IMG/VR virus record: IMGVR_UViG_3300002461_000279
Coordinates: 1 to 36,146 of that record
Length of the DNA stretch: 36,146 nucleotides
Reading direction: 5' to 3' (one strand)
From: a virus
Part shown: positions 15,522-22,171 of the stretch, piece after piece
Layout: each line of letters opens with the position of its first letter
Position numbering within the stretch: the first letter of the stretch is position 1
Program-made: the position numbers and the translations under genes
The notes under the pieces: generated by a model
What the model was told of the DNA's origin: nothing
The model's database searches: none
Seen by the model: only the letters and a program-made list of their open reading frames with translations

Positions 15522-18062
15522 TCACGAGCCCGACTCCTTGCAATAGGCGTCCGCCGCTCGGGCGAACTCGATGACGCTGCGACGCACCCATGCGTCGACG
15601 TCCTCACCGTCTTTCGGATCACCCATCAGCAGCACCTGCCGATACTGGCGCTCCTCACGGCCCAGGTACTCACCGCCCATGCGCTCGATGACAGGAACGT
15701 GCATGCGCTTTCGCCTCACGCCATTGAGCGTCATGAAGTCGGGAATGAAGCGGTTGATCCTTGCCGGCATCTTCTCGCCGTTACGGCGACACCACGAGAG
15801 GAACACTCGATACACGTGCTCGGTGAGCGCAGGGCAATAGGGAAGATTGATCTCCCCCTCGTGTATGTCACGCCACAGCAGCTGGGGCGCGTTCATGCCC
15901 AGGTCAATCAGATCGCGCTTTGCGACCGTGTCGATCGGCTTCGTGTGCGGCGAGAAGTCATCGAGGTCGAGCTCGAGCAGGTAGTGCAGCAGAGCCTGCG
16001 CTCCGCCAGCAGCGATCTCATCGCGCACAGCCGCGTAATACTCCGGCGCTTCGGGTGGCGGCGTCTTGATGACCATGTACCGGCGATCGTCGGCGTTGAT
16101 CTGTAGCGGCTGTAGCTCGTTGGAGAAGAACACGATGTTGCAGTGATTCGCCTCACATCGTTCGTCCTTGTTCTTGCGGTTGATCCAGATCTCCTCTTCG
16201 GTGATCAGGTTGCGCAGGAACCCGACGTGATGCCGCATTTCGGCGCGACTTACGACTTCGTTCGCGATGATGAAAAGCTTGGCCGACAGCCAGCCCATGA
16301 AGTCGGACTCGAGCTGGCGTTGTGTGATCACGCCACCATGCTGGCCGTAGATCTGTCGGAGCACACCGAAGAACAAATTCTTGCCCGCGCCCTCTTTGCC
16401 GCTCATCACGACGGCAGTCTGCATCTTTGCGCCCAGGTGCTGCAGCGGATACGCACACCACTTGAGCACCCAGTCGAAAACCTTGTCATCCTCGTTGCAC
16501 AGGAAGTACAGCAAGCCGAGGAGCTTCTCGCATCCACCCTCGGCCGGCTCGACACCGAGACTGCGAAACAGGTTCAGCTTGCCCTTGACCTCCGGTACAC
16601 CAGGCTCGAATACGACATCCTGCAGATTGACTGCTCGGCGCTTCTCGCTGCCTAGCCACATCTGCACGTACTTCGAGCCGAACATCAGCCGCATGTGCTC
16701 GATCTTCACGATGTCACCCAGCTCATGATCGTAGGCTGTGTCCGTCGGATAGATGAACGTGAAGCGATTCACCAGCAGCCAGAACCGGTCCCAGTCGACA
16801 CCATCACCACCTGGTGGCGCGCCCTCGCCGCCCTTTGCGTCCTTCGGCGCAGCCGCCTTTGTTGGGGTGAACTCCAATCCGTTTAGCCAGCCGGTGATCT
16901 GCCGCTCGACGGCGTCGAGCCCCTCGATCGCGTGCAGATCGTTGAAGTCGGTGAACTTCGATCCTTCCGGATCGCAATGCAACTCGCGATCCTTGAAGAT
17001 CGGCCAGCACACGCGCGCATTGCCTACCTCGCGCGCTGCCGCACACGCCTTGGTTCGCCCAGCGTTGAGCATGGCAAAGGGAATCAGGCGATCGCCGCTG
17101 GTGACCGCTCCGGTGATCAGCTGAATCGCATCGGCATCGAACTCGAACTGCGCGCGAAGCACGACCTTGCCTCGCTTCGTATCGAGCTCCAGATCGCCGG
17201 CCGGTACCGCGACGAGCTGCTCGACGTCAAACTGCTTGCGCAGCATCTTGTTCATCTGCGCCTCGACGTAGGCATCGTCGTCTGCGCAAAACACGATCGG
17301 TGACTTCGGATACAGCGCCCGCAAGATCTTGGCCACGGGCAGCAAGTTGCCGGCATCGAATGCGACGAACACAGTATGCGACTTGCCGGTAGCCATTCGG
17401 ATCGACAGCGCCGTCGCAACACCCTCGGTCAGCAGGATCGGCTGGCCATCTTTCGGCGCCTTGCCCAGGCGGCACGCCGCGCCGAGCTTCTCCATGCCCT
17501 TGTTGAAGAGCTTTGAACCGTCGGGCTGGATCTTCTGCAGGCCGACGAGACGGCGCTGCATCGCCCCCGGATCAGTCGACTCCGGTTGCTCCGGCGCGTC
17601 GTAGCGGATCATCGGAACGAGCAGCACACCCTCGGACGTGAACCTCAAACCCTTCTCGGCCTGGACGCCTTTTCGAGTCAGGTAAGGCGATTCGCCAACG
17701 GCTCGACCAGCCTTCCACTGCATCATCGCCCGGTTCGCAGCGAATCCCGCGCGCTCGATCCTGCGCGCCTCCTCCTGCGCTTCCGCTTCGGCATGCCGCT
17801 TTCGAATCGCCTCGAGCTCGCCGTGGTCGATGTCGTCTCGGTTGAACTCGATCTTAATTGTGCCCTGGTCGTTGCCGCGCCACTCTCCGAAGCTACCAGC
17901 GTAGAGACGGACGCCGGTCTTCGTCGAGTACTCTCTCAGCTTGTACCAAGCCTGCTTCTTCGGGCCGAAGCGAATGAACTTGCCCAGCCGCGGGAAGTCT
18001 GGCGGCAGCGGCGGCATGCCGGCCGCCAGCATCTGGTTGATGACGTCGTCGAGGGTCGCCAT
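15522..18062 (-). CDS. Bifunctional primase-helicase, Toprim primase plus SF3 / P4-alpha-type helicase
   Basis: 846 aa. Toprim motifs LLTEGVATA...FDAGN...FCADDD. Walker A MSGKEGAGKN and Walker B-like FIIANEV in the C-terminal half. Confidence 0.8.
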   Translation of the reverse strand: MATLDDVINQMLAAGMPPLPPDFPRLGKFIRFGPKKQAWYKLREYSTKTGVRLYAGSFGEWRGNDQGTIKIEFNRDDIDHGELEAIRKRHAEAEAQEEARRIERAGFAANRAMMQWKAGRAVGESPYLTRKGVQAEKGLRFTSEGVLLVPMIRYDAPEQPESTDPGAMQRRLVGLQKIQPDGSKLFNKGMEKLGAACRLGKAPKDGQPILLTEGVATALSIRMATGKSHTVFVAFDAGNLLPVAKILRALYPKSPIVFCADDDAYVEAQMNKMLRKQFDVEQLVAVPAGDLELDTKRGKVVLRAQFEFDADAIQLITGAVTSGDRLIPFAMLNAGRTKACAAAREVGNARVCWPIFKDRELHCDPEGSKFTDFNDLHAIEGLDAVERQITGWLNGLEFTPTKAAAPKDAKGGEGAPPGGDGVDWDRFWLLVNRFTFIYPTDTAYDHELGDIVKIEHMRLMFGSKYVQMWLGSEKRRAVNLQDVVFEPGVPEVKGKLNLFRSLGVEPAEGGCEKLLGLLYFLCNEDDKVFDWVLKWCAYPLQHLGAKMQTAVVMSGKEGAGKNLFFGVLRQIYGQHGGVITQRQLESDFMGWLSAKLFIIANEVVSRAEMRHHVGFLRNLITEEEIWINRKNKDERCEANHCNIVFFSNELQPLQINADDRRYMVIKTPPPEAPEYYAAVRDEIAAGGAQALLHYLLELDLDDFSPHTKPIDTVAKRDLIDLGMNAPQLLWRDIHEGEINLPYCPALTEHVYRVFLSWCRRNGEKMPARINRFIPDFMTLNGVRRKRMHVPVIERMGGEYLGREERQYRQVLLMGDPKDGEDVDAWVRRSVIEFARAADAYCKESGS

Positions 18063-18277
18063 TACGCGCGAGACTCCGGCGGCGGATGCTGCTTCACGTG
18101 CTTTGCCCAGCGCGCATGATCGTCAGGCGTGAGCCGAGCGCAAAACTGGTCCTCGACCCGGCGCCAGATCTCGTCGAGGCTCGATGCATCGCACTCGAGC
18201 CCGATGACCTGTCCGTTCTTACGGAGCGTAACCCCAAAGGTTCCGCCCGGCGGCGATGTGCTGCTATTCGCGCTCAA
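18062..18277 (-). CDS. Hypothetical early protein
   Basis: 71 aa. Its stop overlaps the primase ATG (TAATG). Confidence 0.5.
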   Translation of the reverse strand: MSANSSTSPPGGTFGVTLRKNGQVIGLECDASSLDEIWRRVEDQFCARLTPDDHARWAKHVKQHPPPESRA

Positions 18278-18455
18278 GCTGGATTCGCCCCTCGACTTGG
18301 TTTAGCTCGTAACGCAGCAGCGCCGCGCGTGACGGCCGACTTGCTTCGGCCAATGCCTTTCGCAGAAACGCGATCTGCCGGTCGCGATTGGCATCAACGT
18401 CGTTGACAACATTCGGATCGAGCGGCGGGAACGCCGGGAGAGATTCAGCGCTCAT
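18264..18455 (-). CDS. Hypothetical early protein
   Basis: 63 aa, overlaps both neighbours. Same-strand coupled chain. Confidence 0.45.
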   Translation of the reverse strand: MSAESLPAFPPLDPNVVNDVDANRDRQIAFLRKALAEASRPSRAALLRYELNQVEGRIQLERE

Positions 18456-18841
18456 TCGCCAAGCTCCAAGGACTCGATCCGCTTGCTAATGCGCTCCATC
18501 ACGCGCACGTGCTTGATGAACTCCTCCTGTAGCGAGGCTTTCTCCTGCACACGATTTCGCGGCCTCGGTCGGTCGTAACCGCACTCGTCGGCCAGGTAGT
18601 GAATCAGGGCATGACATCCCGCCTCACGCCCCTTGCGAGCAATAAACATCAATTCGGATGGCGCCAACTTTTCCGGGCGCTCGTGATTGAGGCATGCGTC
18701 AAGCCGGTTATGTGCATCTCGCGCCGGTTTGGCTGGCCACAGCTCGACGGCCAGGCGCTTGCGATCCCCGCATGCGCGGATCACTTCGTCGATCGCATCC
18801 TCGATACGTTCGTAGAACAGCGAATCTTGGCGGGATTCCAT
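18452..18841 (-). CDS. Hypothetical early protein, first gene of the replication cluster
   Basis: 129 aa from ATG 18841 (MESRQDSLFYERIEDAIDEV...). The upstream part of track ORF 18452-18910 runs through palindromes and an A-tract, so it was rejected. Confidence 0.55.
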   Translation of the reverse strand: MESRQDSLFYERIEDAIDEVIRACGDRKRLAVELWPAKPARDAHNRLDACLNHERPEKLAPSELMFIARKGREAGCHALIHYLADECGYDRPRPRNRVQEKASLQEEFIKHVRVMERISKRIESLELGE

Positions 18842-18845
18842 AGCG

Positions 18846-18882
18846 TTACCTAAAGTAGGTAAGGGTAGGTAAAGACCTACCC
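18846..18882. promoter_or_regulatory. Two adjacent perfect palindromes sharing the TAGGTA/TACCTA half-site
   Basis: TTACCTA-aag-TAGGTAA at 18846-18862 and GGGTAGGT-aaag-ACCTACCC at 18863-18882. They lie between the terminator and ATG 18841. Confidence 0.6.
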
Positions 18883-18887
18883 GGGGC

Positions 18888-18931
18888 AAAAAAAAGAGAA
18901 TGGCCACCATGCACCGAAGCGCATGGCGGCC
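18888..18931 (-). terminator. Rho-independent terminator between the cro-like gene and the replication genes
   Basis: Minus strand: GGCCGCCAUGCGC-UUCG-GUGCAUGGUGGCC, a 13-bp stem (11 Watson-Crick plus 2 G.U) with a UUCG tetraloop, followed by AUUCUCUUUUUUUU. Confidence 0.75.
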
Positions 18932-19039
18932 GAAGTCCCGACTGGGAGGAGGTCAGCCGGGTGGAGGTGAATGGGTGGAGGCTCGCGATCATGCTAATTT
19001 GTTACTCCCCAGCAACGAACCAACACGAAGGGAGCCTCC

Positions 19040-19273
19040 ATGGAAAAGCTCTTACCGCCGAGCGCGGAGTACGTGCAGGGCCAGATCGACGCGCTCAGAG
19101 CACTCATCCTCGGCCTCGCGCAATCAATCTCTCGCGAAGACTTTCGCGATATGTCGCTGCAACGCCTCGAGATGGCACGCACTGCTCTACTCGCCACGAC
19201 CGCCGCAGACGACCGAATACAGGCCATCGACGATATGGAGACCTGGGTGCGGCAGGTGACGGACAACACCTAA
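19040..19273 (+). CDS. Hypothetical 77-aa helical protein encoded opposite to the flanking early genes
   Basis: SD GGGAG lies 5 nt before the ATG. There is a strong G/C preference at third codon positions in this frame. The overlapping minus ORF 18994-19269 has Ser/Arg/Cys-rich antisense-type composition. Confidence 0.6.
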   Translation: MEKLLPPSAEYVQGQIDALRALILGLAQSISREDFRDMSLQRLEMARTALLATTAADDRIQAIDDMETWVRQVTDNT

Positions 19274-19336
19274 CAAGCCCGCGCTTGATGCTTTCCTGGT
19301 GCGCGGCAAGTTCCTTCGCCTCGTCAATCCAGGCCA

Positions 19337-19675
19337 TCACGCAGCCCCCTGTCCAGTCGCCTCAGGTTCCGGCAGCGGCTGCAGCCGCGGTGAACATCCC
19401 GTCGCTTGAGCCGCCTCGGCTTCCGGCATTCCGCCTACAGAGGCGGTGGGTTCAAGCGGGTACAGGTCCGGGCGTAACTCATGGCGTGTCACCCGGCCGC
19501 CGGTGGCACGCTCGACAGGTATCGCCATATCTGGTGGCACACGACCTGCGCGGATCCACTTCCATACGTGGCCCTGTCGGATAGGCCGACTCGTGAGCTG
19601 CGCAATCCTGCGAGCGAGTTCCGACTGGCTCGTCGCCTCACTCACCGCCGTCTCGAGGGCTTCCTTCATGCTCAC
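19337..19675 (-). CDS. Cro / YdaS-family HTH regulator
   Basis: SQSELARRIAQ...VWKWIRAGRVPPDMAIPVERATGGRVTRHELRPDLY matches the YdaS/Cro pattern. GTG 19675 lies 6 nt after AAGGAG; an alternative ATG is at 19669. It is divergent from the repressor. Confidence 0.75.
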   Translation of the reverse strand: MSMKEALETAVSEATSQSELARRIAQLTSRPIRQGHVWKWIRAGRVPPDMAIPVERATGGRVTRHELRPDLYPLEPTASVGGMPEAEAAQATGCSPRLQPLPEPEATGQGAA

Positions 19676-19680
19676 AGAAA

Positions 19681-19733
19681 ACTCCTTTAGTAGTATTTCA
19701 TCGTACCGCCGAAGTAGTTTCCAAGTCAACTAC
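19681..19733. promoter_or_regulatory. Operator-like sites in the repressor/cro intergenic region
   Basis: ACTCCTTTAGTAGT at 19681-19694 matches 12 of 14 positions of the palindrome at 22172 and 22194. The inverted repeat GTAGTT-N8-AACTAC at 19714-19733 overlaps the -35 of the PR-like promoter. Confidence 0.55.
19700..19729 (-). promoter_or_regulatory. PR-like sigma70 promoter for the cro-like gene
   Basis: Minus strand TTGACT (19729-19724), 18 nt spacer, TACGAT (19705-19700), then AAGGAG and GTG. Confidence 0.6.
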
Positions 19734-19742
19734 GATAGGAGT

Positions 19743-20390
19743 ATGAAAACTTTTGGCGATCGGCTGCGCGAGGCTCGAAAAAGAAAAGGGCTGACCCAGG
19801 CTCAACTAGCGGGCGCAGCCGGCATGTCTCAGAAGACCATTTCTAAAATCGAACGCGGAGACCAAGCCGCCTCGACGTCCGTAGCCCAACTGGCCCGCGC
19901 CGTTGGGGTGACAGCGCTTTGGCTGACCGAAGGCAGGGACTCACCCGCACCAACGGTAGCGGAAGACCGCCTTCCGTACGATATCGGGCAAGTACCCGTA
20001 GTTGGAACAGTGCAGGCGGGCGACGAAGGATACTGGGAGGAATTGCAGTACCCCACTGGACACGGGGACGGATTTATTCGCTACCCAAGCCGCGACCCGA
20101 ACGCCTACGCCCTACGCGTAAAGGGTGATTCCATGCGCCCCCGAATCAAGCCGGGCGAGTTCCTGCTCGTAGAGCCGAATTCGGCCGTAATCCCTGGCGA
20201 GGAAGTTATCGTGACAACGGTCGACGGACGCTCGATGGTGAAGATCCTCGGGCCGCGCCGAGACGGCATGATCGAACTACAGAGCATCAACGAGGATCAC
20301 CGTCCGATCACCATTGACGAAAGCCAGGTTCGAGCCATGCACTACGTCGCCGGGATCGTCAAAGCGAGTCGCTACTACCGCGACAACTAG
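19743..20390 (+). CDS. CI/LexA-type repressor, XRE HTH plus S24 peptidase
   Basis: MKTFGDRLREARKRKGLTQAQLA...QKTISKIERG is an XRE HTH. It has an Ala-Gly candidate cleavage site (VQAGDEG), GDSM serine and a downstream Lys (MVKIL). SD AGGAG precedes ATG 19743. The track ORF from 19446 is over-extended. Confidence 0.9.
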   Translation: MKTFGDRLREARKRKGLTQAQLAGAAGMSQKTISKIERGDQAASTSVAQLARAVGVTALWLTEGRDSPAPTVAEDRLPYDIGQVPVVGTVQAGDEGYWEELQYPTGHGDGFIRYPSRDPNAYALRVKGDSMRPRIKPGEFLLVEPNSAVIPGEEVIVTTVDGRSMVKILGPRRDGMIELQSINEDHRPITIDESQVRAMHYVAGIVKASRYYRDN

Positions 20391-20416
20391 CGTACCCATT
20401 GCTGGGGGAGATCGAC

Positions 20417-20902
20417 GTGTCGCTGGAAGGTCTGACCGACGAAAAAATTATCGAGTTGATCGCCTGCACGAAGCGGGTGAAGAACCCATCCGCGCGGGAA
20501 AAAACCGAGGGGAAGCACGTCCGGCGTGATTACCAGGTTTTGAGCGACGACGGTCGGCATGAGTTTGTGCTATTTACTCGCCAAAGCACGATCATCCCCG
20601 GCAGCTATACCGCCGGCCTGCGCTGGAAATCTCGCTCGGGAGAGGATGTCATTCTTCTCCGGTGCAACGGTAACGACCATGAGCACGCCAATCCCCTAGA
20701 AAAGCACCGGTTCGCGGGCACGCCGCATGTGCACCAAGCCACGGAGCGCTACATTTCGGCGGGTAAGAAGGTCGAGACGTTTGCCGAGCCGTCCAGCGAG
20801 TACCGCACCCTGAGCGGGGCCTTGCATCACGTGATGAAGCTGGCCAATATCAGCGGACTCGAGAGCGAACCAGACCAGCGGGATCTTTGGGAAAGTGCGT
20901 GA
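20417..20902 (+). CDS. Orphan 161-aa His-rich protein, cassette gene A
   Basis: GTG 20417 lies 6 nt after GGGGAG, 26 nt after the repressor stop; an alternative TTG is at 20399. Contains RCNGNDHEHANPLEKHRFAGTPHVHQATERY. No family confidently recognised. The DNA is AT-richer. Confidence 0.7.
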   Translation: MSLEGLTDEKIIELIACTKRVKNPSAREKTEGKHVRRDYQVLSDDGRHEFVLFTRQSTIIPGSYTAGLRWKSRSGEDVILLRCNGNDHEHANPLEKHRFAGTPHVHQATERYISAGKKVETFAEPSSEYRTLSGALHHVMKLANISGLESEPDQRDLWESA

Positions 20903-21675
20903 TGCAGGCAGAAGAAATTAAGCAGCTCGTCTGCCGAGCACTGTGCGGCGAAGCGTCGCTCAGTGAGGTGCAGCCGGATCTATGGCAAGTGCGAACGCCG
21001 TTCCGCTTCCCCGACGGCGACGCCTACACCGTCTATCTCCGCCCTCTCCCGGCGGGCGGGTTTCGCATCACAGATGCCGGCTCGACGCTGATGCACCTGA
21101 GCTACGAAAACGATATCGACAAGCTGCGCGAAGGCTCCCGCGGGCGCCTCCTTCACCAGGTGATCGCCGACTCCGACGTGCGAGAAGACGACGGCGAGTT
21201 CTTTGTCGACACATCGGTAGACGGCATCGGGCGCGCTCTGTTCGAGTTCGGCCAGGCGATGACCCGCGTGCACGATCTTACGTTCCTGAACCGGCTTCGC
21301 GTGGAAAGTACGTTTTACGAGGACCTCCGGGAAACCCTGCGCGACATTATTGGCCCAGAACGCATCCACGAGAACTATGTGGTGCCTGGAGTACCGAAGG
21401 CATCTGAGTATCCGGTGGATTACTTCATCGAGGGACGGACGAGCCCCGTCTATCTTTTTGGGGTCCCGAACCGGGATAAGGCGCGACTGGCGACGATCAT
21501 ACTTCTGCACCTCATTGCCGCCGGGCGCGACTTTAACTCCATGATCGTCTTTCAGAACATGGCCGATCTGCCGCGACCGGACGTCAGTCGACTCACCAAC
21601 GCAGCCAACGACCAGGTTGACTCCCTCGACGCACGCTCAGACTTGGAGCGAAAGCTCCTTCGGCGGGTGAAATGA
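20902..21675 (+). CDS. DUF1828 (N) plus DUF1829 (C)-like protein, cassette gene B
   Basis: ATG 20902 shares its A with the gene A stop (TGATG). RTPFRFPDGDAYTVYLRPL..GGFRITDAGSTLMHL...GRLLHQVI..., and then SEYPVDYFIEG..PVYLFGV, fit my memory of the DUF1828/DUF1829 architecture. Confidence 0.7.
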   Translation: MQAEEIKQLVCRALCGEASLSEVQPDLWQVRTPFRFPDGDAYTVYLRPLPAGGFRITDAGSTLMHLSYENDIDKLREGSRGRLLHQVIADSDVREDDGEFFVDTSVDGIGRALFEFGQAMTRVHDLTFLNRLRVESTFYEDLRETLRDIIGPERIHENYVVPGVPKASEYPVDYFIEGRTSPVYLFGVPNRDKARLATIILLHLIAAGRDFNSMIVFQNMADLPRPDVSRLTNAANDQVDSLDARSDLERKLLRRVK

Positions 21676-21767
21676 GCGTCGACACTGCCATCGCCATCGG
21701 CCTCCTGATCGCCATCGCTATGATTACGGCAGCCAGCACCCTTCGCGACCGACAGGATAGGAAGTGA
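21672..21767 (+). CDS. Unannotated 31-aa single-pass membrane peptide, cassette gene C
   Basis: ATG 21672 overlaps the gene B stop (ATGA) and TGA 21765-21767 overlaps the lipoprotein GTG (GTGA). Product is MSVDTAIAIGLLIAIAMITAASTLRDRQDRK. It is below the track length cut-off. Confidence 0.55.
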   Translation: MSVDTAIAIGLLIAIAMITAASTLRDRQDRK

Positions 21768-22126
21768 AACTCACCACCAGCGGTCGTCTACCACGCATAG
21801 CCGTTTTGCTGTGCGCTGCGACGTTGTCCTCCTGCGCGACTTCCACGTACGCGCCTATCTCCGTGTGCACCGGACCCGTAGCCGAGGTTCGCGTATTGCG
21901 CTCACTCCCACCCGAAGGAACCTTCACGCGGTGCGGCACCATTCGCATAGAAGGAGGCGGGTTTACCACCGAACAGACAGTAATGCAGTCCGCGATTGAT
22001 GAGGCACGAAGACACGGCGCGAATGCCTTAGTGATCGTTGATCAGCCAGATCCACGATTCACTTGGGCCAAGAGCTACACGCGCAGCGGGACTGCAATTG
22101 CAATAAGGCTACGATCTAGCCAATAG
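21764..22126 (+). CDS. Lipoprotein, DUF4156-like, cassette gene D
   Basis: The signal peptide has lipobox LSS|C (MKLTTSGRLPRIAVLLCAATLSSCAT). VRVL...PPEG..C..G.I......T....M.SAIDEARRHGANALVIV resembles DUF4156 lipoproteins. Confidence 0.75.
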   Translation: MKLTTSGRLPRIAVLLCAATLSSCATSTYAPISVCTGPVAEVRVLRSLPPEGTFTRCGTIRIEGGGFTTEQTVMQSAIDEARRHGANALVIVDQPDPRFTWAKSYTRSGTAIAIRLRSSQ

Positions 22127-22171
22127 CGGCCGTCATTTCTAGGCGCGCCGCGATATGAGCGTGCCCCGTAT

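Noticed and set aside
18994-19269. A 91-aa minus-strand ORF that would continue the cro operon, as a cII-like slot.
   Set aside because: Its Ser/Arg/Cys-rich composition is typical of an antisense frame. The plus-strand ORF 19040-19273 has an SD and a strong third-position G/C bias. This is not fully excluded without comparative data.
19446-19742. N-terminal extensions of track ORFs, for example the repressor from 19446. Others are 23955, 24592, 26133, 26881, 22435, 22680, and 5465-7183, 29778-30662, 30356-30895, 28590-29045, 2924-3646, 18452-18910 and 19337-19729.
   Set aside because: In each case an internal start has an SD and/or a 1-4 nt overlap with the upstream stop, and it begins the recognisable domain. 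The extensions cross promoters or neighbouring genes.
22127-22171. I looked for a terminator closing the repressor operon before the next promoter.
   Set aside because: Only short GC palindromes (CGGCCG, GGCGCGCC) are present, without a U-tract. No convincing intrinsic terminator was found, so none is annotated.
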